A stretch of DNA of 64,000 nucleotides from Fidelibacterota bacterium (lineage in GTDB: Bacteria; Fidelibacterota; Marinisomatia; Marinisomatales; JABMOV01): positions 39,846 through 103,845 of the forward strand of contig JBHHUC010000001.1 of assembly GCA_046861395.1 (NCBI GenBank), in the 5' to 3' direction. The position numbers were made by a program, and so were the translations under genes. Below the pieces are notes generated by a model. It saw nothing but the letters and a program-made list of their open reading frames with translations. It was not told the DNA's origin and did not search any database. Shown piece by piece: positions 13,301-20,428 of the stretch. Position 1 is the first letter of the stretch, and each line of letters starts with the position of its first letter.

Positions 13301-13438
13301 AAGATTCAGGAGGGCAACAGAAACAAAGGAAACGGGACCAAGAAAAGAATGTTCTCTGGCCGGACGCCCACCTAAAACACGATCGATGAAAAGATCGAAG
13401 AAAGAATAGAGAGAAAGCGTTTCACGTGAAACATTCAT
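10325..13438 (-). CDS. mfd: Transcription-repair coupling factor Mfd
   Basis: 1037 aa with a CarD/RID-like HRDYGIGRYRGL, the SF2 helicase motifs GDVGFGKTEVA, DEEHRFGV and LTLTATPIPRTL, and a C-terminal TRCF domain. Confidence 0.92.
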   Translation of the reverse strand: MNVSRETLSLYSFFDLFIDRVLGGRPAREHSFLGPVSFVSVALLNLPREIDRVHCVCLSGRQAEELYRFCFNLRPDSVFFFPEQPMERQDVEGFNLEYERFQSEAYNALVQKNSGLIITTEGGLQTPVKNPVNSRQEGFHLTVDADISKEHIVRTLVAWGFEPCDKVTYPKTFASRGGILDVFLLYAALPVRLEFFGNRLESLRTFNPLSQRRVHDLEYLDILPPSWDETTERENYTLQQLLQQSDEWHLRTIKQDVCLLQRGDDDNKTVIRAQRPDLNSDAHHSDVFAFSDNSQSAVRLEKLPFRSPVLVHGSLADHFEILEQNFLCLSLPVFFQRTAPDRYRWAADEIAYSPYESISAIDDIEWGDLLVHRDYGIGRYRGLKTLQQNDMTSECITIEYADGSNIYVPIDKFDKIHKFIHGGGRPPALTRLGTKSWHNLKLRVKKSTQVVVQDLLTMYANRNRSRGFCYQPNDELYEAVAQSFSFEETPDQAQAIQDVVRDMERDRPMDRLICGDVGFGKTEVAIRATIKAVASGKKVLLLTPTTILADQHFISFTSRLKPVGVSVDLLSRFRKNNEQLAVLESMLRGEVDVVIGTHRLLSQDVTFPDLGLLIVDEEHRFGVKHKETLKRLKTTVDVLTLTATPIPRTLQQSLVGIRDISKIQTPPLSRKPIHTFIKYHDWDVVARVLKAELDRGGQSYFLHNSVDTLPFVYKEVTSRIPSARVAIAYGQMRSRDLEKIVLAFFRGEIDILLCTTIIESGLDVSNANTIIIDQAHRFGLAQLYQIRGRVGRSYRQAFCYLLLPMNVSLTNDAFKRLKAIEQYTSLGSGLDIALKDLEIRGAGNLFGYKQSGNIAAVGFDLYCQILKEAVDETLGKTDSAPPPVSVVISEPALLDSEYMPQVEDRIFFYKRLSEAVREADIREIQAEIRDRFGPLPPSAQRLVAVALLRAGCRGTPIHSLRLTKTEVTVILSGFAPFSSPLEMIDALSRRLRSLGNPFSLSPRTKTDDILVSVRAGNPEAVMAVVETFKDLFGLHSP

Positions 13439-15315
13439 GTCTGGCGACCACGGGCCAATAAAACAGAGAGAACGGAAATGTCTGCCGGCGTAACACCGGA
13501 AATCCGCATGGCCTGCCCCAGGGTTTCCGGTCGAATACGAGTCAGCTTTTCCCGCGCCTCCAGGGAAAGGCTTGCAACTTCATGATAATTTAATGATGTC
13601 GGCAGACGATACGATTCTTGGCGGCGAAGTGTTTCAACCTGCCTTAATTGTCGGCGGATGTAACCTTCATACTTCACGCTGGTTTCGACCTCAAGGAAAA
13701 CTTCATCCCGAAAACAGGGATCAATGTTTTGTAGTGGGACGTGCTGGAAAAGGCGCTCGGGAAGATCCTGCAGGGTAACTTCAGGACGCTTCAGGAGCGA
13801 CCGAGCCGGAATCTTTTGTTTTATCGGAGCTTCTCCCGCCACCGACAGGGTGGGGTTAATTTCCTCCGGCAAAACCGAACCATCCAGAGCCGCTTGAATT
13901 TCATTCTCCATAATTAGCAGAGATTGCAACCGCTCATAATATGGCTCGTCAATGAGTCCGGCGGAAAAAGAAAGATCAGCCAGACGGCGGTGACTGTTTG
14001 AATATCGCAGCAGCAGTCGGTATTCGGCCCGGGAGGTAAACATGCGATACGGTTCAAGCGTATCCTTGGTAATCAGGTCATCGATTAAAACGCCGGCATA
14101 GGCCACACTGCGATCCAACAACACCGGAGCTTCGTCCATAACGTGTTTGGCGGCATTAGCACCGGCGATTAATCCCTGAACCCCGGCCTCTTCGTAGCCG
14201 GAGGTGCCGTTGATCTGTCCCGCCAGAAAAAGACCGGTCACGGCTTTTGATTCCAGCGAAGCTTTTAGTTGTGAGGGTGGAAAAAAATCATATTCAATAG
14301 CATAGCCGGGCCGGAAAAAACAGGCGTTTTCAAAACCGGGAATCGCACGGATAGCCGCCAGCTGGACGTTTTCTGGGAGACTGGTGGAAAAGCCATTGAT
14401 ATAGATTTGATCTGAATTTTTCCATTCCGGCTCAAGAAAAAGCGTATGGGCACTCTGATGGGGAAAGCGATGTATTTTATCCTCAATGGAAGGACAATAA
14501 CGGGGCCCAACACCGGACACGTCACCGGAAAACAAGGGCGAAGTATGAATATTTTCGCCAACGATGGAGTGTGTCTGACTTGTTGTTTTGGTCTGATAAC
14601 AGGGAATGTTTTGCGGTTCAAAGTTTCGCGTACCGTAGGAAAACGGTGTGGGATTGTTGTCGCCGAATACAGGAGCTGTTTGGGCCCAATCTACCGTTTG
14701 TTTTATTAACCGGGGCGGCGTTCCGGTCTTCAGGCGGCCGCGGTGAAACCCAAGGGAAGCGAGGAATTCCGTTATTCCCGCGGCATAAGGTTCCCCCATA
14801 CGCCCGGCACGAATCTTTCGTTCTCCAATATGAATCAAGCCGTTTAGAAATGTGCCGCAGGTCAGGACCACTGCTTTGGCATCAATAGATTCTCCACTGC
14901 GCAACACGACACCGGAGGTGTAACCTTCGGACACTAGAATGCGAACAACTTCGCCGCGCACCAGGGAGAATGTTTCCCGTTGAAATACAGCCGCTTGAAT
15001 CTGTTGTTCATACAGCCGCTTGTCAATTTGTGCCCGGGGGGACCATACCGACCGACCCTTGGAACGATTCAGCATTTTAAATTGTAGGCCGGTCTGATCG
15101 GCGATTTTGGGCATAAGGCCGCCCAGAACATCCATTTCACGTACGATTTGTCCCTTGGCTAGACCGCCAATTGCCGGGTTGCAGGACATACGGGCCACGG
15201 CGGCAGGGTCCAGTGTAACCAGGGCCGTTTTCAGTCCCCGGTTCAGGGCGGCATGGACGGCTTCGACGCCGGCATGGCCGCCACCCACGACGATAATGTC
15301 AACCAGGAGTTTCAC
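13435..15315 (-). CDS. mnmG: tRNA uridine-5-carboxymethylaminomethyl modification enzyme MnmG (GidA)
   Basis: 626 aa with the FAD fold motif VVGGGHAGVEA and characteristic GPRYCPSIEDK. It lies next to mnmE. Confidence 0.95.
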   Translation of the reverse strand: MKLLVDIIVVGGGHAGVEAVHAALNRGLKTALVTLDPAAVARMSCNPAIGGLAKGQIVREMDVLGGLMPKIADQTGLQFKMLNRSKGRSVWSPRAQIDKRLYEQQIQAAVFQRETFSLVRGEVVRILVSEGYTSGVVLRSGESIDAKAVVLTCGTFLNGLIHIGERKIRAGRMGEPYAAGITEFLASLGFHRGRLKTGTPPRLIKQTVDWAQTAPVFGDNNPTPFSYGTRNFEPQNIPCYQTKTTSQTHSIVGENIHTSPLFSGDVSGVGPRYCPSIEDKIHRFPHQSAHTLFLEPEWKNSDQIYINGFSTSLPENVQLAAIRAIPGFENACFFRPGYAIEYDFFPPSQLKASLESKAVTGLFLAGQINGTSGYEEAGVQGLIAGANAAKHVMDEAPVLLDRSVAYAGVLIDDLITKDTLEPYRMFTSRAEYRLLLRYSNSHRRLADLSFSAGLIDEPYYERLQSLLIMENEIQAALDGSVLPEEINPTLSVAGEAPIKQKIPARSLLKRPEVTLQDLPERLFQHVPLQNIDPCFRDEVFLEVETSVKYEGYIRRQLRQVETLRRQESYRLPTSLNYHEVASLSLEAREKLTRIRPETLGQAMRISGVTPADISVLSVLLARGRQT

Positions 15316-15322
15316 GTGAAAC

Positions 15323-16666
15323 TTACTTCCCTACGCAAAAGGATTGAAAAACAGATTCAATGATATCGTCAGGCGTTGTTTTTCCCAGAACCATATCAAC
15401 GGCCGTAATGGCCTCTCGCAGTTCCACCGCCACAAGCTCCAGCGGCACGGAAGGTGAACCCAACAATGCGGAGGCTCGGGACAAAGCGGCTTGGCATGAT
15501 TCAACGGAATGGAGCTGCCGGGCAGTGGTCAGGGCCAGCTGGGAAGATGAAACCGTGGACAACCCCAAACGCTCAACCAGGGCGGCTTCCAGACGATCGA
15601 GACCACAGCCTGTCTGGGCAGAAACAATCAAGGCCTGTTTTTTCAAGTTGTCCGGTTGACGACCCTCTGGGATAAGGTCGTATTTATTAAAGACCTCGAG
15701 AAAGGGAATATCCGGGATGTCGATTAACGTGTTATTGCTGTGATCATTGGTTAGGTCGTGTACCACGAGAATACAATCGGCCTCCGCCATGGATCGGCGG
15801 GTCCTGCGCACCCCCTCTTTTTCAATCTCGTCCTGAGCTTCGCGCAGTCCGGCTGTATCCACCAGAGTGACGACTACACCGCGCAGAACCAGAGCGACCT
15901 CAATGCTGTCCCGCGTTGTTCCCGGCTTGGGACTGGTAATGGCCCGGTCGCTTCCGGCCAGAGCATTCAGAAGTGTAGATTTTCCTGCATTAGGCTTTCC
16001 AACAATCACAACCCGGGCCCCACGGGTCAGCAGCCGACCCCGGGCGTAAGACTCCGCCAGCGTGTTCAACTGAGACCGCAAATAGGCTATGCCTTTGTTT
16101 AGAGAGTGAATTAAATCCGGCTGAAGTTCGTCTTCGGAAATGTCAAGATCAAACTCTACCCGCGCCAGCAGGCTGACAAGTGCCGCTTTGATTTCAGTAA
16201 AAAGATGGGACAATTGTCCTTTGATGAGACGCGTGTTTAAGGCTGCGCTGACGGTGGATTGTGCCGAAATTAAAGCACCAACACTTTCGGCCTGGATCAG
16301 ATCATATTTTCCATTGAGAAAAGCACGTTGGGTAAACTCACCGGGACCGGCCAAATCAGCCCCCAGTTCCCTGCAACGCCGAACCAGAGCCTGGACAATT
16401 AGGGGATTACCATGACACATGATTTCAACCACATCTTCGCCTGTATATGATTCCGGCCCTTTATAATACAGTAGAATTCCCTCATCAATTTCGGCACCAT
16501 TGGCTTCCCGGAACGACGCAAAATGGGCATAGCGTACGCGGAGGGTTTTTTTATTGACCAGTGTCAGCGCCAGCGAAAGGGAACGAGCGCCACTGAGACG
16601 TATAACAGCCAGGCCCCCAACCCCGCCAGGGGTAGCCGGAGCCACAACCGTTGTTGAGTGTATCAT
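15323..16666 (-). CDS. mnmE: tRNA modification GTPase MnmE (TrmE)
   Basis: 447 aa with G1 GKPNAGKSTLLNAL, G3 DTAGLRE and the invariant C-terminal CVGK. Confidence 0.95.
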   Translation of the reverse strand: MIHSTTVVAPATPGGVGGLAVIRLSGARSLSLALTLVNKKTLRVRYAHFASFREANGAEIDEGILLYYKGPESYTGEDVVEIMCHGNPLIVQALVRRCRELGADLAGPGEFTQRAFLNGKYDLIQAESVGALISAQSTVSAALNTRLIKGQLSHLFTEIKAALVSLLARVEFDLDISEDELQPDLIHSLNKGIAYLRSQLNTLAESYARGRLLTRGARVVIVGKPNAGKSTLLNALAGSDRAITSPKPGTTRDSIEVALVLRGVVVTLVDTAGLREAQDEIEKEGVRRTRRSMAEADCILVVHDLTNDHSNNTLIDIPDIPFLEVFNKYDLIPEGRQPDNLKKQALIVSAQTGCGLDRLEAALVERLGLSTVSSSQLALTTARQLHSVESCQAALSRASALLGSPSVPLELVAVELREAITAVDMVLGKTTPDDIIESVFQSFCVGK

Positions 16667-18354
16667 TTTCGCGGTGGAGATGTATTCTTAACGGTAACCG
16701 GAGCCGGCGTGTGTGGCGTCAGATATTTTTGTTGTAATATTGTTAATATATTGAAGAGTGTGTAATACAGGTTCAGCCCCGATGGAAAACGATAAAAAAC
16801 AAATAATAAAACCACATTCATCACATACATCATAGATTTATTCTGTCCTGGCTGGGTGGGCATCATGGATTGCTGGACGATCATGGTAACAGCCATAACA
16901 ACGGGTAAAACATTTAAAGGAAATCCGGCAATTTCGACCAATGTGTCGGGCGCGGAGAGATCTTTGATCCAAAGAATAAAAGGAGCGCCACGCAATTCAA
17001 TGGTTGAACGAAAAACCTGAAACAGGGCGATCAACAACGGCATCTGTAACAACAGCGGCAGACATCCTCCTAGAGGATTGACACCCATTTCTTTGTACAT
17101 CTCCATAGTGGCCTTGTTCAATTGCTGCGGATTGTTTTTATATTTCTCCTTTAAAGCCTGCAGTTGCGGTTGAACTTCCTGCATTTTTCTGGTGGACTGA
17201 TAGCTTTTCTTTGTTAGTGGGTAAACAACTATTTTTACAAGAATTGAAAACAGAATAAGGATAAAACCATAATTGGGAATATATTTATGCATGGATGTCA
17301 ACAGAAACAGCACGCCACGACTGATGGGTCGAATAACGGACCATCCCATGGTCATAGCCTGGTCCACATCGTGCCCCAGTGCCTTGATTCGATTGTATTC
17401 CAAGGGGCCAAAGTAAAGGGTTGTGCTTGTGGCGTTGTCCGCCTTCAGGGTCAGGGCAACATTATACCGCGGGACATTCATGTCATCATATTGGCCGAAG
17501 ACGACGGCGCCGACGGCGGCAGATTGCGGAATCAAGGCCGAAAGAAAATACTTGGACCGCACGGCGACCCAGGCTGTTTGTCCCAGGTAGGATTCGGAAA
17601 GCGGTTTATCGTCCTTCATCTTCGGTGTGAACAACTCGTCGCCCTGAAAAACATAACCCTTGAAATAAAACAAATCATCCTTACGACTTTTTTCGGTAAT
17701 TGGCATCCCTCCCCACCAGGAAAGGTCATAAAGGCCCTGTGACAATTCCGGCTCCAGGAAAGACATGTCCACATCAACGTTTACCCGGTAGGAGTCGGGG
17801 AAAAAGGTTAGTGTTTTTATAATTTTTTCATCAAGAAAACGGGTTTCAAATGACAGGGATAACGACCCGTCATCCACTTGATAGGTGCCTTCCTTGGAGG
17901 ACGCTTGCCAATGATGATCCAGTCGGAAGTCATCACCGTCGATCGTCCGGCCGGAAAGAACAAGGTTGCTTCTGTTTTTTGCATCAATGAGATTTACCAG
18001 GGAAGAGTCAAACATTGAATATTTATGCAGTTTAAAAGAAAGGAAAGAACCCCCGTTTTGATTGCTTACAACAGCTTCGTATAGATCGGTGGAAATAATA
18101 TAGACTCGTTCCTTCGCTTCTTCTGGGAGCGGTACAGTTGCCACGTCTTTTGGCTCTGCGGGCGCTGTTTCCGATCGAACTTCAGCCGCTGATTGCTTTT
18201 CCCGGGTGGGGATTGTGTTGTCCTCCGGAGAGGAAACAGTTTCCCGCTCGACCGGCGGGCCGGTCGGCGGCGGTGCCACCATTTCCATATAATACGGTGT
18301 AATGATAATGATCAGTGCGATGAGAATAAAAGCAGTAATTGTATTTTTATCCAT
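16663..18354 (-). CDS. yidC: Membrane protein insertase YidC
   Basis: 563 aa with an N-terminal TM segment, a large periplasmic domain and a conserved C-terminal 5-TM core (GVNPLGGCLPLLLQMPLLIALF). Confidence 0.93.
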   Translation of the reverse strand: MDKNTITAFILIALIIIITPYYMEMVAPPPTGPPVERETVSSPEDNTIPTREKQSAAEVRSETAPAEPKDVATVPLPEEAKERVYIISTDLYEAVVSNQNGGSFLSFKLHKYSMFDSSLVNLIDAKNRSNLVLSGRTIDGDDFRLDHHWQASSKEGTYQVDDGSLSLSFETRFLDEKIIKTLTFFPDSYRVNVDVDMSFLEPELSQGLYDLSWWGGMPITEKSRKDDLFYFKGYVFQGDELFTPKMKDDKPLSESYLGQTAWVAVRSKYFLSALIPQSAAVGAVVFGQYDDMNVPRYNVALTLKADNATSTTLYFGPLEYNRIKALGHDVDQAMTMGWSVIRPISRGVLFLLTSMHKYIPNYGFILILFSILVKIVVYPLTKKSYQSTRKMQEVQPQLQALKEKYKNNPQQLNKATMEMYKEMGVNPLGGCLPLLLQMPLLIALFQVFRSTIELRGAPFILWIKDLSAPDTLVEIAGFPLNVLPVVMAVTMIVQQSMMPTQPGQNKSMMYVMNVVLLFVFYRFPSGLNLYYTLFNILTILQQKYLTPHTPAPVTVKNTSPPRK

Positions 18355-18605
18355 TAGGGTACCGGGTCATAGCCGCCGCGATGCAGCGGTTGGCATTTTG
18401 AAATGCGCTTAAGGGTTAAACAAAGGGCGTTGGGGAAAGACTTTTCCGAAAAAGCCTGATAGGCATAATGGGAACAGGTAGGTGAAAAGCGACAGTGGGG
18501 TCGGAGCAGGGGCGAAATAAAAGTTTGATATAGAAAAAGAAGCGCTCTTACGCTGGCGCGTAAAAGCCGATCAATATATCTGAACAGGCGTCGGATGATA
18601 GCCAC
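18354..18605 (-). CDS. yidD: Membrane protein insertion efficiency factor YidD
   Basis: 83 aa with a GTG start and the motifs [20 protein letters not shown] and HRGGYDPVP. Confidence 0.9.
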   Translation of the reverse strand: MAIIRRLFRYIDRLLRASVRALLFLYQTFISPLLRPHCRFSPTCSHYAYQAFSEKSFPNALCLTLKRISKCQPLHRGGYDPVP

Positions 18606-18609
18606 ACCA

Positions 18610-18744
18610 TTAGGCGGAAAGGACCTTACGTCCCTTTTTTCGTCTGCGGGCGATTACACGTCGACCACCGACAGTTGCCATGCGGGCACGGAAGCCGTGT
18701 TTATTCTTTCTTTTTCGGCTGCTGGGTTGAAACGTGCGTTTCAT
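18610..18744 (-). CDS. rpmH: 50S ribosomal protein L34
   Basis: Not in the ORF track because it is only 44 aa. Manual minus-strand translation gives [44 protein letters not shown], followed by TAA (plus-strand tta at 18610-18612). It is divergent from dnaA, the classic arrangement. Confidence 0.93.
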   Translation of the reverse strand: MKRTFQPSSRKRKNKHGFRARMATVGGRRVIARRRKKGRKVLSA

Positions 18745-18789
18745 TTTCACTCCATTTTTAGCCCGGAAAACTATGAAATGATCCAGTGT

Positions 18790-18907
18790 TTATCCAAAGA
18801 AAATAATTTGACCAAAAAAGTTGTAAAATCCTGGGGAAAGCGCTCGGTTCATTCAAATTTTTTCGAGTAAATTAAATAAAACAGAACTGTGGAAAACTTG
18901 TGGATAA
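18790..18907. promoter_or_regulatory. DnaA boxes in the rpmH-dnaA intergenic region, one overlapping the dnaA start
   Basis: The boxes are TTATCCAAA at 18790-18798, TGTGGAAAA at 18888-18896 and a perfect TGTGGATAA at 18899-18907. The last overlaps the GTG start codon of dnaA (18900-18902). Confidence 0.55.
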
Positions 18908-20261
18908 CTATAGCGCTAGGCACGAAACTTTTTGGCTGAAAGCCAAGAATGAAATTAGAAATACACTCCCGGATCACGCGTTCAATACCTGGTTTGAGCC
19001 GGTCAATGCCATTGCCCTGACAAAAGATGAATTAATTCTTGAGGTCCCGAATCAGTTTTTTTATGAATGGCTAAAAAGTCATTATCAGGGGCTTCTGGAA
19101 AAAACCGTCAACCAGGCCGGGGAAAACAAGGTTGCCATAAAATTCACCGTATCAGCCTCGGCCTCAGAAAAGCCGGAATCATGGCAGCGCCTGCAACCGT
19201 CCGAGCCGGCACCACCGTCACGGCAACGGACACTGTTGAACAAGAAATACACCTTTTCCAATTTTATCGAAGGAAAGAATAACCAGTTTGCCAAGGCCGC
19301 GGCCCTGACAGTGGCGGAGTCGCCAGGACATGACCAATTCAACCCCCTGGTGATTTACGGCGGCGTGGGGTTGGGAAAAACCCACCTCTTGCACGCCATC
19401 GGAAACCAGATACAGGAAACCAAACCAGATGCCGCAGTGGTTCTGGCTCCCAGTGAAAAGTTCACCCGCGATTTTATTTCCAGTATCCGGAAAAACAAAA
19501 CGGTTGAATTTGCCAAAATGTACCGCCGGGCCGATGTCCTTTTAATCGATGATATTCAGTTTTTTCAGGGCAAGGAACAAACCCAGGAACAGTTTTTTCA
19601 CACGTTTAATGATCTGTATCAGACGGGTAAGCAGATTGTCATGACCGCCGATCGTTACCCGGGAGAGCTGGACGGGTTGATGGACCGACTATTGTCCCGG
19701 TTCGAATCTGGATTATCGGTGGATATTCAGCCGCCCAGCTTTGAAACGCGTGTGGCCATCCTGATGGAAATGAGCGAAGAAAATGGAATGGAATTACCCT
19801 ATAACCTGATAGAATTCATTGCCATGCATGTAAAATCCAGTGTCCGCGATATTGAAAGCACACTGATCCGTCTGTTAGCATACAGCTCTCTTTCCAAGGA
19901 AGAAATTGATCAGCGTCTGGTGAAAAAAGTTGTTCAAGAACGCCTGGGTAAAAGATTAATTGCCGAAGTTTCTGCTGAAGATATTATCAAACGCGTTTCG
20001 GAGATTACTCATATACCGGAAAGGGAAATCATTGGAAAAAGCCGGAAAAAAAATATTGCCGAAGCCCGTCATTTATCCATCTATTTGATACGAGACATCC
20101 TGAACATGCCACTCGTAAATATCGGTTTACACTTCAGCGGCCGGGACCACAGTACCATCCTGCACGCCTGCCGGGCGATAGAGGAACGTATTCAAAAAGA
20201 GGATCGGATAAACAATACGGTGCAAACGCTCAAACAACAATTGATGGTAGTTTCCGGATGA
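18900..20261 (+). CDS. dnaA: Chromosomal replication initiator protein DnaA
   Basis: 453 aa with a GTG start, AAA+ Walker A GGVGLGKTHLLHAIG, Walker B LLIDDIQFF and a C-terminal DNA-binding HTH (DHSTILHACRAIE). Confidence 0.96.
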   Translation: MDNYSARHETFWLKAKNEIRNTLPDHAFNTWFEPVNAIALTKDELILEVPNQFFYEWLKSHYQGLLEKTVNQAGENKVAIKFTVSASASEKPESWQRLQPSEPAPPSRQRTLLNKKYTFSNFIEGKNNQFAKAAALTVAESPGHDQFNPLVIYGGVGLGKTHLLHAIGNQIQETKPDAAVVLAPSEKFTRDFISSIRKNKTVEFAKMYRRADVLLIDDIQFFQGKEQTQEQFFHTFNDLYQTGKQIVMTADRYPGELDGLMDRLLSRFESGLSVDIQPPSFETRVAILMEMSEENGMELPYNLIEFIAMHVKSSVRDIESTLIRLLAYSSLSKEEIDQRLVKKVVQERLGKRLIAEVSAEDIIKRVSEITHIPEREIIGKSRKKNIAEARHLSIYLIRDILNMPLVNIGLHFSGRDHSTILHACRAIEERIQKEDRINNTVQTLKQQLMVVSG

Positions 20262-20323
20262 AAATTTTCCGCAAACCGGAATCGTGATTCAGCGCAAGCT
20301 TATTAATTTAGTTTATTATTCAC

Positions 20324-20353
20324 TTGACTGTTTTTCCGACAAAAAGTTATATT
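20324..20353 (+). promoter_or_regulatory. Putative sigma-70-like promoter of the giant secreted-protein gene
   Basis: TTGACT (20324-20329), an 18-nt spacer and TATATT (20348-20353). An AGGAGG RBS lies at 20417-20422, 6 nt before the ATG at 20429. Promoter consensus in this lineage is unknown. Confidence 0.35.
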
Positions 20354-20428
20354 GGCGACACTTTTCGCGTTTTAACCGTAGAGAATAGGCGCGAATAAAA
20401 AGTTTTTGAAACAAATAGGAGGTTCAGT

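Noticed and set aside
18595-18870. 91-aa plus-strand ORF in the yidD-dnaA interval
   Set aside because: It lies antisense to a clear L34 gene (18610-18744, minus strand) and runs through the intergenic DnaA-box region. It has no recognisable motifs or RBS, so it is most likely a chance ORF.
19699-19708. GGTTCGAATC, a tRNA T-arm-like string
   Set aside because: It lies inside the dnaA reading frame (…SRFESGL…) with no flanking acceptor or anticodon stem. No tRNA, rRNA, tmRNA or obvious riboswitch was found in any intergenic gap.
20262-20428. The AT-rich dnaA-downstream gap considered as the unwinding element or second half of an origin
   Set aside because: It contains no 9-mer within one mismatch of TTATCCACA. 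It is better explained by a promoter (TTGACT-18-TATATT) and RBS for the next gene.
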